A model generated the notes under the pieces. The model ran no database searches, was not told the DNA's origin, and worked only from the letters and a program-made list of their open reading frames with translations. From positions 24,563 to 88,562 of the IMG/VR virus record IMGVR_UViG_3300032242_001752: a stretch of 64,000 nucleotides of DNA; one strand, 5' to 3'. Shown here piece by piece: positions 1 through 9,761 of the stretch (positions are counted from its first letter, which is position 1; each line of letters opens with the position of its first letter). A program made the translations under genes and the position numbers. Source of the stretch: a virus.

Positions 1-306
1 AAAACACCTGCTTGGGAGCGTAAAGAAGGCAAGAACCCTAATGGCGGATTAAACGCCAAGGGCCGTGCTTCTGCTAAAGCTCAGGGCCACAATCTAAAGG
101 CCCCAGTAAAATCTGGCGATAATCCTCGTCGCGCATCTTTCCTTGCTCGTATGGCTGGTAATCCAGGCCCAGAGCGTAAGCCTAATGGCGAACCTACAAG
201 ACTTCTACTTAGTCTACAGGCATGGGGAGCTTCCTCAAAAGCTGACGCTAAGAAGAAAGCAGCAGCTATGTCAAAACGACTAGATGCTAAAAAGAAAAAG
301 AAGTAA
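1..306 (+). CDS. 5'-truncated basic phage protein (DUF6321-like)
   Basis: Frame 1 open from base 1 to TAA 304-306: KTPAWERKEGKNPNGGLNAKGRAS...NPRRASFLARM...LSLQAW. Confidence 0.7.
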   Translation, partial: KTPAWERKEGKNPNGGLNAKGRASAKAQGHNLKAPVKSGDNPRRASFLARMAGNPGPERKPNGEPTRLLLSLQAWGASSKADAKKKAAAMSKRLDAKKKKK

Positions 307-314
307 GGAGCATT

Positions 315-371
315 ATGCCAGAGTGTAAATGCGATAATTGTAAATGTCGAAAGGACCAGCCAAATGGCTAA
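315..371 (+). CDS. 18-aa Cys-rich micropeptide MPECKCDNCKCRKDQPNG
   Basis: SD AAGGAG at 305-310, ATG 315, stop overlaps start of next gene. Confidence 0.5.
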   Translation: MPECKCDNCKCRKDQPNG

Positions 372-612
372 AGAAAAGATTTGTAGTTGCGGTAAGTGTT
401 CCGCATGTAAGGCTAAGGCTAAGAAGAAAGCTCCTAAGAAAGCTCCTCTAGGCCAGGGCGGTAGATTTAAGGCTATTGAAAAAGAAGCCGCCAAATCTGG
501 CGCAAAAAACCCAGCCGCTGTTGCCGCAGCTGCCGGCATGAAAAAGTACGGCAAAAAGAAAATGGTAAAGCTTGAACAAAAAGGCAAGCGCGACGCTAAG
601 AAAGGCAAATAA
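364..612 (+). CDS. Small Lys/Ala-rich basic protein with N-terminal Cys cluster
   Basis: ORF track; composition. Confidence 0.7.
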   Translation: MAKEKICSCGKCSACKAKAKKKAPKKAPLGQGGRFKAIEKEAAKSGAKNPAAVAAAAGMKKYGKKKMVKLEQKGKRDAKKGK

Positions 613-614
613 CC

Positions 615-854
615 ATGGCAATGCACTCAAAGAAGAACGCAGCTAATAAAGGCAAGAACCCTTGGACCGGCTCAAAGGCTGATGAAAAAGCCGATAAGAA
701 AGAAATGCAGGGCATGAGCCCTAAGCAGAAGGCTGCCTTTAAGAAGGGCGACAAGAAGATGGATGCTAAGAACCCATCTAAAAAGGCTGACATGAAGATG
801 GATGCTGCTTTGGCTAAGAAGGTCAAGAAGACTGTTCCTGCTAAAAAGAAGTAA
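615..854 (+). CDS. Small Lys-rich basic protein
   Basis: ORF track; followed by terminator. Confidence 0.7.
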   Translation: MAMHSKKNAANKGKNPWTGSKADEKADKKEMQGMSPKQKAAFKKGDKKMDAKNPSKKADMKMDAALAKKVKKTVPAKKK

Positions 855-866
855 ATAAAAAAGTTT

Positions 867-892
867 AGCCCCCTAACTGGGGGCTTTTCTTT
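867..892 (+). terminator. Rho-independent terminator
   Basis: AGCCCCC-taact-GGGGGCT followed by TTTCTTT. Confidence 0.75.
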
Positions 893-997
893 TATCCTAT
901 AAGTGACCCCATGCGGGGGTTGATTCAAACTTGCGTTTTACTTTGCGACTCCAATGGAGATTACTATGTCATATCTTGAAAGCCCGAGGGCTCGATA

Positions 998-1324
998 ATG
1001 ACCGCTAAGTTTATAAACGCCTCTGTAACTTCCCTAAAGGGCCTAGACAAGTCCCTTACTACAGAGCTACGCGCCGATGCTGTTAAAGCTGGTTGGCCTG
1101 CAAAAGTAGCTAAAAACCTAACTGTAACTGTAGATAAACTGTCTATTCTTATTAAGTACCCTGACGAGTATAACCAGCAGGTAGACGATTTAGAATACGG
1201 TACAGAGGATCTTACCCCTAAGCCTATATTTCGCACTTTCTTAAACAAGCACTCTGATTTAATAGATAATCAGGTTTCTGAGTGGTCATTAGACTATTTA
1301 ATTAATGGAGATATTATCCCATGA
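998..1324 (+). CDS. Putative neck/tail-completion protein
   Basis: DDLEYGT...PKPIFRTF motif typical of neck proteins; position before sheath. Confidence 0.5.
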   Translation: MTAKFINASVTSLKGLDKSLTTELRADAVKAGWPAKVAKNLTVTVDKLSILIKYPDEYNQQVDDLEYGTEDLTPKPIFRTFLNKHSDLIDNQVSEWSLDYLINGDIIP

Positions 1325-1932
1325 GTTTTATCTTAAGTGAGGACCTAGCTCTTAAAACGCTACTTACAGGAATTACTGTAACAGACGACAAGAACGCTAG
1401 CCGTGCTGTGGGAGTTTGGTTTGCTAACCCTGACGTGGAATCTCGTAGCCAAAGCTACCCATACATTACTATTGAGCTACTAGATTTTGACCCAGCCGGC
1501 TACCGTCAGCATTCTGGTATTTTCGTAGATAATGACCTTCAGGGTACAATAACCCCAGCGTCAGGCACAGACTACATCTATGAGATTCCTATTGCCTGGG
1601 ACTTAATGTACCAGATTACTACCTATTCTCGTCATCCTAGGCATGACAGAACCATTATTGCTTACCTTTTAAATAAGGTATTTGTATCAAAACGCGGCTA
1701 TTTGACCGTCCCTAACGACCTGGGAACTGAGTCATCTTATCGCCATTTGATATTAGAAGAGTTCACAAAACGTGATACCATTGAAGATAACCGCAGGTTA
1801 TATAGAAATGTATTCACTGTAACTGTGAGTAGCGAAGGTACTGTCGCGTCGTACACATCGACTAAGGAAGTATCTACAGTTAAAATTAACGCTGAAATAA
1901 ACGACATCCCATCTGGCAAACAACCTATCTAA
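1321..1932 (+). CDS. Putative tail terminator/completion protein
   Basis: YPYITI...YQITTYSR pattern; directly upstream of sheath. Confidence 0.55.
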   Translation: MSFILSEDLALKTLLTGITVTDDKNASRAVGVWFANPDVESRSQSYPYITIELLDFDPAGYRQHSGIFVDNDLQGTITPASGTDYIYEIPIAWDLMYQITTYSRHPRHDRTIIAYLLNKVFVSKRGYLTVPNDLGTESSYRHLILEEFTKRDTIEDNRRLYRNVFTVTVSSEGTVASYTSTKEVSTVKINAEINDIPSGKQPI

Positions 1933-1971
1933 TATTTGATAACCCCCTAACTATTATCAAGGAGAAATCTA

Positions 1972-4698
1972 ATGGCGACATATAACCGCCCTGGAGTGTA
2001 CATCGAAGAAGTCGCAACCACTCCACCAGTACCAGGCACATCTACTGCCTCTGTAGCTACCTTTATGGGCGCGCTAGTTAAAGGCCCACTAGACGCTACT
2101 TTGGTAACATCATGGGTACAGTTTACTTCACTGTACGGTGATGTTACAGCTAACTCAGTTGACCCAGATGTCCCAACTGCAGTTTACCTATTTTTTGCAA
2201 ATGGTGGAAGCCAGTGCTACATTCAGCGTGTAGTTGTAACCATGGCTGCTGTACAGTCTGGTGCAACAACTACTGCTAGCAAGACACTTAACGTAGGTGC
2301 TGTATCTAGCCTACTTACTTCTGACGGTGGTGCTTCTGGTTCTATATCTGTAGGTATGTTTATTACCGGTACAGGTATCCCAGCTGGAACTACTGTTACT
2401 GCAATTAACTCTCTTGCTCTTACCCTAAGCCAGAACGCCACTGTTCCTGCTAATACTACTTTGACTATTGGTACTCCAATATCATCTTCTGCGATTATTT
2501 ACGGAAGCACAACTTCTGGAACCACAGCGACACTTGCTATTCAGACCCCTGTTACAAGCACAACTATTGGTACCCAGTCTGTAGTTGGTAGCGCAACAAT
2601 TGCTACTCAGACACCTACTGGTACTACTAACATCACTATTGCTACCGGTACTCAAGCATTTACTTCAGGTCAATCTGTAACTATTTCAGGTGTTACGCCT
2701 GCAGGATACAACGGAACTTGGGTTGTTCAGGCTGGTACAACATCTACAAGCCTTATTGTTGCAATCGGTTCTAACCCAGGAGCTATTACAGTTGCTGGTT
2801 CAGTAGCTCCTGCACAAGCTAATATTACTACTGGAACTCAATCATTTACTGCTGGTCAGTTTGTTACTATTGCAGGTGTTACTCCAGCTGGTTACAATGG
2901 TACTTGGACTGTGCAAACTGGTACTACTGCAACTAACCTTATTATTAACACTACCTCTAACCCAGGAGCTATTACAGTTGCTGGTGCGGTAGCCCCCGCT
3001 GGTCAGACTCTTACTACGTACACTACTAGCTCAGCTCACAATCTAAAGGTTGGTCAGACTGTAGTTATCGGAGGAACTAACCTTGCTCCAACTATTCACG
3101 CAGGTAATTTCGTAGTCACTGCTGTCCCATCTGCAACCACTTTCTCTGTAGTAAACCCATTGGCACCTATTGCTCCTATTACAGCTGCAGGTACAGTTAC
3201 AGTTCCAAACAACTCGGTAACTACTGGAGAACTTGTACTTACCGCTAAGAATCCTGGTGTATGGAGTAACGGTCTATACTACGAAATCTCTAGCTCAACC
3301 ACTAGCGGAACATACCCAGGTAAGTACTTTAACTTGGCTATCTACTCTGGTGGAACAAGCTCAGGATTTATTGTAGAACGCTTTAGCGACCTTACAATGT
3401 TGACTACAGACTCTTCATATGCGCCTACTATTATTAACGCATCATCTTCATACATAATTGCCACAGACCCTAACTCTGCAAACCACGGTTCTGATAAGTT
3501 TACCGCCGCAAATAATCCATTATCAGTTGCTTTAACAGCTGTTTCTGGTATTAACTCTGCGACAGTAACTTCAAGCACAACTGTAATTCTTACATCAGAC
3601 CCTGGTGTAAGCACTGGTATGTATGTTTATGGTAGCGGTATTACTAACGGAACTACAGTATCTACTTACGTACCATCTACTAAGACCGTTACATTAAGCG
3701 CTGCTATGTCAATTTCAGCTGGAGCGGTTATCACATTTGTAAATACTCCGCTTACAGGTGGTAGCGATGGAACGACTGTAAACAATACAGCTATTGCTGC
3801 TACTGCTTCTTTGGCAAAGTTGGACGTTCTTGCATCTCCACTATTGCTGAACGCTCCTGGTGTTACTGAAGTAACTAACGTAAACAACATGCTTAACTAC
3901 GCTTATAACCGTAGTGACTGCTTTGTTATCATCGACCCTACTCAGACCACTACTGATAGCGTAAGCCAGCTAGCGCTTGCAAATAACTATACAGGTGGTT
4001 CAGGAGGTTCTGCAGCTCTTGGTTTTGGAGCAGTTTACTATCCCAACTTAACAATCCCAAGCCTTACTTCAACAGCTCCTGGAGCAACTTCTACGGCTTA
4101 TCCAGGTGGTGCAGTTGCAGCTAAGTACGTCACAACTGATGCATCTCGCGGTGTGTTTAAGTCACCTGCTGGTCTAGAAGCTAGATTGGCTGGAGTAGTA
4201 TCAGTAGCTAAGCTAACTAACACAGAACTGGACTACCTAAACAACGGTAGCAGCAGCACTACGTTTGCTAACGCAACTCCAGTTAATGCTATTCGTTACA
4301 TTCCAGGCTCTGGAATTGTAGTTATGGGAGCTCGTACTCTTAGCACCTCATATAACAATAAGTATGTTTCAGTTCGTCGTAGCTTGATTCAGCTACGTAG
4401 ACAACTTACTGATGCTACAGCTTTTGCTGTATTTGAGCCAAATGACCAGCGTCTATGGAACCGCATTAAGACCACATGTGAAGTTAACCTAATTGGCTTC
4501 TGGCAGTCAGGTGGTTTGCGTGGAAGTACTCCATCAGATGCGTTCTATGTAAAGTGTGACAGCACCATTAACACTGTATCAAGCATTGCTGCTGGTGAAG
4601 TTCACGTTGAAGTCGGTGTGGCTCTACAGCGCCCTGCTGAATTCATTGTAATCCGTATTAGCCAGTACGACAGTGGTTCTGTTGTCACAGTCCTTTAG
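1972..4698 (+). CDS. Contractile tail sheath protein with inserted beta-rich repeat domains
   Basis: N-term RPGVYIEE; C-term KSPAG, GARTL, YVSVRR, FEPND, PAEFIVIRI. Confidence 0.95.
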   Translation: MATYNRPGVYIEEVATTPPVPGTSTASVATFMGALVKGPLDATLVTSWVQFTSLYGDVTANSVDPDVPTAVYLFFANGGSQCYIQRVVVTMAAVQSGATTTASKTLNVGAVSSLLTSDGGASGSISVGMFITGTGIPAGTTVTAINSLALTLSQNATVPANTTLTIGTPISSSAIIYGSTTSGTTATLAIQTPVTSTTIGTQSVVGSATIATQTPTGTTNITIATGTQAFTSGQSVTISGVTPAGYNGTWVVQAGTTSTSLIVAIGSNPGAITVAGSVAPAQANITTGTQSFTAGQFVTIAGVTPAGYNGTWTVQTGTTATNLIINTTSNPGAITVAGAVAPAGQTLTTYTTSSAHNLKVGQTVVIGGTNLAPTIHAGNFVVTAVPSATTFSVVNPLAPIAPITAAGTVTVPNNSVTTGELVLTAKNPGVWSNGLYYEISSSTTSGTYPGKYFNLAIYSGGTSSGFIVERFSDLTMLTTDSSYAPTIINASSSYIIATDPNSANHGSDKFTAANNPLSVALTAVSGINSATVTSSTTVILTSDPGVSTGMYVYGSGITNGTTVSTYVPSTKTVTLSAAMSISAGAVITFVNTPLTGGSDGTTVNNTAIAATASLAKLDVLASPLLLNAPGVTEVTNVNNMLNYAYNRSDCFVIIDPTQTTTDSVSQLALANNYTGGSGGSAALGFGAVYYPNLTIPSLTSTAPGATSTAYPGGAVAAKYVTTDASRGVFKSPAGLEARLAGVVSVAKLTNTELDYLNNGSSSTTFANATPVNAIRYIPGSGIVVMGARTLSTSYNNKYVSVRRSLIQLRRQLTDATAFAVFEPNDQRLWNRIKTTCEVNLIGFWQSGGLRGSTPSDAFYVKCDSTINTVSSIAAGEVHVEVGVALQRPAEFIVIRISQYDSGSVVTVL
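2770..2985 (+). repeat. 30-bp exact direct repeat (2770-2799, 2956-2985) marking a 62-codon tandem domain duplication in the sheath gene
   Basis: TCTAACCCAGGAGCTATTACAGTTGCTGGT occurs twice, 186 nt apart. Confidence 0.9.
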
Positions 4699-4710
4699 GA
4701 GGAAAAATAA

Positions 4711-5340
4711 ATGGCACAAAGCGCAATTTCACGCTTTTCTAAACTAGCGACTGACCCGTTAAGAAATTTCAGGTTCGTTGTTGATTTTCGCGTAACTGGT
4801 GACACAGGTGTACCTGGGTCAGCTCAACCGGGAACTAGCAGCTTCTTGAACTTCAAGGGTGGGTTTACATCAATCGATGGTCTAAACATCAGCACTCAGA
4901 GCATCAGCTACCGTGAGGGCGGTATGAACACTACCCTTCACCAAGTTCCTGGTATGACTTCATTCTCACAGATTACTCTTAACCGTGGTGTTATTTTGGG
5001 TCAGTCTGAAGGAATCAACTGGATGAAGCAGCTATTTGCAGCTTCAGCTGGTGAAGGTATCCCGGGTGTTGATGGCTCTAGCTTCCGTTGCGACCTAGAC
5101 ATCTACGTACTAGACCACCCAATTACAGGTTCTCCGCTAATTGCTGCTGGAGATATCGTAAGCACCTCAGCCTACAAGATGAAGTTTATTGTGCACAATG
5201 CGTTCATCGTAAACCTATCTTACTCAAACCTGAATGCTACAGATAACCAGTTGATGTACGAAACTCTATCTCTAGTACACGAAGGTCTATCAGTGCAGCT
5301 AGCTAACTTCGGTTCTAGCGTCTCAGCTACACTGACATAA
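4711..5340 (+). CDS. Tail tube protein (T4 gp19-like)
   Basis: DPLRNFRF, YREGG, PG...ITLNRG, ETLSLVHEG; follows sheath. Confidence 0.92.
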   Translation: MAQSAISRFSKLATDPLRNFRFVVDFRVTGDTGVPGSAQPGTSSFLNFKGGFTSIDGLNISTQSISYREGGMNTTLHQVPGMTSFSQITLNRGVILGQSEGINWMKQLFAASAGEGIPGVDGSSFRCDLDIYVLDHPITGSPLIAAGDIVSTSAYKMKFIVHNAFIVNLSYSNLNATDNQLMYETLSLVHEGLSVQLANFGSSVSATLT

Positions 5341-5390
5341 TTTAATAATTAAAATCTGGTAAAATATCTATATCTAATTAGGAGTATAAA

Positions 5391-6191
5391 ATGGCAGACA
5401 ATTTGACTAACGACCCAGCCGTGTTAGCGGAAGCGGTAAAAGAACTAAATAGTACAGATGATACAAAGATAACTACTTTGTCTCCTTCTAACTCTGATGT
5501 TATTTTGCCGGGTGGGTTTATCGCCAAAGATGGTTCTGTAATTAAGTTTGCCGAAGTGCGTGAGCTAAACGGCATTGATGAAGAAGCAATCTCTAAGGCA
5601 GGTTCTGTAGGCCGCGCCCTTGCTGCAATGTTGCAGCGAGGCGTGGTATCTATTGGAGCTAATCCAGCAGATAAGAATGACATTGATGGTTTGCTTAGCG
5701 GAGACCGTGACGCACTACTACTAGGTATTAGAAGGGTAACTTTCGGAGATACCGTAGAGTTTGAGTTTCCATGTCCTCACTGTAAGACAGACCTAGATGT
5801 AATAGTAGACCTGGGTAAGGATATTCCAGTTGTAGAATTGGATGACCCTATTCAAGGCAGAACTTTTACCTATGTTTCAAAAAAGCATGGAGCAATTGTA
5901 GTAGGTCTGCCTACAGGTAACGTTCAGAAGAAGCTAGTAGAGAACTCTGACAAGACTGTTTCTGAATTAAATACTATTCTTTTGGCTGGCTGTATTAAAA
6001 CCATTAATGGTTCTGCATCATTAGGTGCTACCTCAGCTCTAGCACTTGGCATGGTTGACCGCGAGGCAATCGTTGCTGAGATTGTAAAGAACAACCCGGG
6101 CCCACGCCTCGGGGAGGTGAAGACGACTTGCGAGGCTTGTGGCGAGGATATTCCTATGCCACTGTCGTTAGCTGACTTGTTTCGTCTATAA
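5391..6191 (+). CDS. Tail assembly chaperone / baseplate hub assembly protein (T4 gp26-like) with two CxxC
   Basis: VRELNGIDEE, GDRDALLLGIRRVTFG, CPHC, CEAC; between tube and tape measure. Confidence 0.75.
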   Translation: MADNLTNDPAVLAEAVKELNSTDDTKITTLSPSNSDVILPGGFIAKDGSVIKFAEVRELNGIDEEAISKAGSVGRALAAMLQRGVVSIGANPADKNDIDGLLSGDRDALLLGIRRVTFGDTVEFEFPCPHCKTDLDVIVDLGKDIPVVELDDPIQGRTFTYVSKKHGAIVVGLPTGNVQKKLVENSDKTVSELNTILLAGCIKTINGSASLGATSALALGMVDREAIVAEIVKNNPGPRLGEVKTTCEACGEDIPMPLSLADLFRL

Positions 6192-6330
6192 AGAAAAAGA
6201 TTACGAACAACTACTCGACCAATACGAAGTACTATCTCGATCATTTCCTGGCTGGACCCTGTCTGACATAAGAGAGTTGTCCGTAAGAGAACGTAAGAAC
6301 TGGCTGTCTAGGGCAGCCCGAGGTAAGTAA
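6181..6330 (+). CDS. Probable +1 frameshift extension of tail chaperone (FVYKEKDYEQLLDQYEVLSRSFPGWTLSDIRELSVRERKNWLSRAARGK)
   Basis: Open +1 frame with no ATG; GWTLSDIRELSVRER..W resembles chaperone GT extensions; TTT CGT at 6180-6185. Confidence 0.65.
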   Translation, partial: FVYKEKDYEQLLDQYEVLSRSFPGWTLSDIRELSVRERKNWLSRAARGK

Positions 6331-6339
6331 GGCGAGTAC

Positions 6340-8430
6340 ATGGCTGACGTAAAATCCAGTATGAATTTAGGTAGCACAGGTTCTACCTCTAAGTCGTCGC
6401 GCCTAGTCGCTGACCTTAAAGATAATTATGTAAAGCTAGACCAAGTTCTTGCTGGCATTGAAAAAAAGTCTAAATCAATTGCGGAAAATCTAAAGAGCGC
6501 ATTCCCTGGAGGTATGGGCGGAGGCTCAGGCCCAGGTGCTGGAAGTTCTATGAACTTCGTTGATGGCGGAACAGTGCCGGTAGGCGGACGCTCTAATAGC
6601 GGATTTGTTCAACAGGCTACCGGAGGTAAGTTTGACTGGAAGGGCGCAGCCGGAACTATGGCTGCCGCTGCTTTTTCTGGAGCCTCAAAGCTAGTTGTTC
6701 CTGGCGACTATATAACCAATGACATAGCTAAAAATAGATATTCATTCTTTAATAGCGGTGCTCCAGGAACTAACTCTAGTGCATTTACAGGAATGATGAA
6801 TGCCGGAACACCTATTAGCAATATGGATGCTACAAATGCTATTATGGCTGGTTCTAGCATGGGATTCATGCCGGGACTAAAAAATTATAGTACTATCAGC
6901 AATAGCGCAGCTGGGATATCTAACCTGGTACCTGGTGTAGGTCTTGAAGCTGGTATGAATGCTACTGCAGCACTTAACCAAGGCTCAAGCGTTAATAAGC
7001 TTCGTATGATTGGTATTCAAGTCCGTGACAATAACGGATTTATGCGCGGTGTTGAAGACATTGCTAAAGATTTATGGAATACCTTAAATAGAAATAAGAC
7101 TAGCGGTGGCGGCACTCGTAGCGGCAAAATTACTCAAGAGGACCTGTCTTACTCTTTACAGCCTGGTATGTCTTTGGATATGCTATTAAACCAATATTTT
7201 GGTAGCGATGCTGTTTTACGTCAAAGCGTTATTTCATACCTATATCAGTTTGCTTCTCAGGGAACAGGGGCAGTTACTAAAGATACGCTTCAGGCTAGTG
7301 GTGCAATGCCTGGAATTTCTGCAAGTATGGGTGCTAGAGAAGCAGCTTCTTATAAGTTTACGGACACCTATACCGACTCCGGTATTCAAGGCATTATGTC
7401 GGCTAATGGTGTTATTACGGGAGCAGCTAATTTTCTATCAGATAGTGCAACCGCATTAGGTAAACCTGCAGTCACTGCTGCAACATTTTTAGAGACTATG
7501 GGTGGTGCCGGTAATGGCGCTGGAGCTGATATTTTTGGTGGTTTTGGTAAGCTAATACAGGGTAGGAGTTTAAGCACAGCGCTTGAAAAAGCTGGTGGTG
7601 CGATTGCATCACGTGCTTTAGAAACATCAGTAGGACTTGCTTATGTGGGAATTACCGCTGCAGCTTTATCTATAATTAATGACGCTATGACAAGCGTTAC
7701 TGCAGATAAACTTACTCCTTTTCAAAAAGTAGCTTTTGGAGTTAACGTTGCCACCCAAGGTTCCCCTAAAAATGGTGGATTTGGTACCGGTGTTGCCCTT
7801 TCTAATTCTGACCTAGGTATTGGTTCTGGTTCCGTAGTGACTATGGACCCATGGAATGATAAGTACGGTGTTACAAGCGGATGGCATGAACACCGTACGT
7901 ATAAAATAGGAAATAGAAGCATTACTGATATTCACGACGGTGTTGACTACGGTGCTCCTGGAGGAACTCCAATTAATCCAGTAGCTGATGGAATGGTTGT
8001 AGCTAATAAATGGGAGCCAGGCGGTAAAGGTAATTACTTAGTAGTTGCACACCGAAATGGTTATCAAACTATCTATGGCCACATGAAAGATAAAAGTGCT
8101 TTGCCTACAGGTATGCACGTATCTACTGATACTGTACTAGGTCAAGTAGGTAAAACCGGAGCTGCTACTGGAAATCACTTGCACCTTGGTGTTCAAGATA
8201 GTCACGGAAAATTATATAACCCTAATGACTTTTTAAATAATAAACTTCCGGCTATTGGCGGCGGAAGTGGTATGGGTGTAGCTACCTCTGATTACACCAA
8301 TAATTACGGCGGAGTAACTGTCAACATTAACATGCCTGCTAATGCTGCTATTAATGAAAATACTTTAGCTCAGGAAATTAAACGCGTACTTACTCAAGAC
8401 GCTAGAATCAAAGAGGCGGTAAGAGCTTAA
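6340..8430 (+). CDS. Tape measure protein with C-terminal M23 peptidase
   Basis: Gly/Ala-rich helical body; HDGVDY, YGHM, TGNHLH motifs. Confidence 0.8.
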   Translation: MADVKSSMNLGSTGSTSKSSRLVADLKDNYVKLDQVLAGIEKKSKSIAENLKSAFPGGMGGGSGPGAGSSMNFVDGGTVPVGGRSNSGFVQQATGGKFDWKGAAGTMAAAAFSGASKLVVPGDYITNDIAKNRYSFFNSGAPGTNSSAFTGMMNAGTPISNMDATNAIMAGSSMGFMPGLKNYSTISNSAAGISNLVPGVGLEAGMNATAALNQGSSVNKLRMIGIQVRDNNGFMRGVEDIAKDLWNTLNRNKTSGGGTRSGKITQEDLSYSLQPGMSLDMLLNQYFGSDAVLRQSVISYLYQFASQGTGAVTKDTLQASGAMPGISASMGAREAASYKFTDTYTDSGIQGIMSANGVITGAANFLSDSATALGKPAVTAATFLETMGGAGNGAGADIFGGFGKLIQGRSLSTALEKAGGAIASRALETSVGLAYVGITAAALSIINDAMTSVTADKLTPFQKVAFGVNVATQGSPKNGGFGTGVALSNSDLGIGSGSVVTMDPWNDKYGVTSGWHEHRTYKIGNRSITDIHDGVDYGAPGGTPINPVADGMVVANKWEPGGKGNYLVVAHRNGYQTIYGHMKDKSALPTGMHVSTDTVLGQVGKTGAATGNHLHLGVQDSHGKLYNPNDFLNNKLPAIGGGSGMGVATSDYTNNYGGVTVNINMPANAAINENTLAQEIKRVLTQDARIKEAVRA

Positions 8431-9761
8431 TGGGAAATACTAGTAGCAGTCCTAGCAATAGAGGCGGAGCGGCTTGGAGTACTCCTGCAACTTACGCTTA
8501 CACATTGGGTAATGCTTACAACTATCCTGACTTTAATATCTCCTCAAGTAACCCGTTGAACTTTGAAGTCCAACCATTTTTATTTGACTTGATAAAAAGA
8601 AATGAAGATGTTGTACAACTTTATAAAGCCCCGTACGCTGACGCAAATGGGGACCAGAAAATATATTCTTCTGAGCTTGAAGCCAGCGTAGCTGCCTCTC
8701 CTACTCTTTACCACAAAGTAGGAACTCCTGTACACCTTACAAAAAGGGGTACAAATGAAACTTTAGATTTGGCTTATTACTATGTACCTGGCCCTGAAGC
8801 TATTAAAAAAACTCCTGAGATTAATAGCGCTCCGGCAGAGGACATCATAATTCCTGCCGGTCCACAAGACCCAAATCAGTATCAATGGAACTTGCCGCCT
8901 CACAAGTGGAGCTTGCCGTTTACTCCAGGAACTGATTTGAATAACATGCCTACTGGTCACAGAAAATCTCCGTCTGATGACAGATATCGTAGAGGACGTA
9001 TTTGGTGGAGAGCTACTGATACCACAATTACTACTACAGATGGCACAGGAAAATCCGTTCCTATTGATAACTCTGATAGAAAATACGGATTCCAATTCCT
9101 ATGGAATCCTGAAAGTTTTAGCACCGCTGTGTCTGTTCAAATGGACGCAACCCCTCAGGTACAAGATAGATTTGCCTCTACTGTAGGAGCGTTCCCTGCT
9201 ACTGAGACTATTAGTTTTACTTTAAGAATTGATAGAACAAACGACTTTGCCGCTGCTAATGCGTACTTTAAGAGACCTACTAATATTATTCAGGACACCA
9301 CTAATAATGGCGCTAATAACTTTATTAGCAATAAAGATACTGCTCGTTTTATTAAGTACTACCAAAACTCTGGAAGTTTTAATAGCGCTTTAATAAAAGA
9401 TGGTAAAACAATCACAGTTGAGCAGAAGCTGGTTGACTTATTTCAGCGCGGTACCTTAGCCGATATCGAGTACTTGTATAAGGCAATTAACGGTGCTGGC
9501 CCAGGCGGAGGCTCTTCTATTGCGGACCGTTGGAAAAATGGTCGTGGAATAGTTACAGCTGATATTGGTTGGCTAATGCCTACCCTATTAAATATTGATA
9601 TTGGTCCATTAGCCTATGTAGGATATGTGACCGGTATGAGTGTTACCCATATTGGATTCACTCCCGACATGATTCCTATTAGAAGCGATGTGACAGTATC
9701 GTTCAACTTGCTTGCGACTGCTGGACTTAACACCACTTCTAATACCGGAGGTACTAAGTAA
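8430..9761 (+). CDS. Baseplate/tail tube initiator protein
   Basis: FQFLWNPESF and FTPDMIPIRSDVTVSF motifs; position. Confidence 0.6.
   Translation: MGNTSSSPSNRGGAAWSTPATYAYTLGNAYNYPDFNISSSNPLNFEVQPFLFDLIKRNEDVVQLYKAPYADANGDQKIYSSELEASVAASPTLYHKVGTPVHLTKRGTNETLDLAYYYVPGPEAIKKTPEINSAPAEDIIIPAGPQDPNQYQWNLPPHKWSLPFTPGTDLNNMPTGHRKSPSDDRYRRGRIWWRATDTTITTTDGTGKSVPIDNSDRKYGFQFLWNPESFSTAVSVQMDATPQVQDRFASTVGAFPATETISFTLRIDRTNDFAAANAYFKRPTNIIQDTTNNGANNFISNKDTARFIKYYQNSGSFNSALIKDGKTITVEQKLVDLFQRGTLADIEYLYKAINGAGPGGGSSIADRWKNGRGIVTADIGWLMPTLLNIDIGPLAYVGYVTGMSVTHIGFTPDMIPIRSDVTVSFNLLATAGLNTTSNTGGTK

Noticed and set aside
966-998. 10-codon ORF MSYLESPRAR coupled to the 998 gene
   Set aside because: It has an SD and TAATG overlap but is too short to support without homologs.
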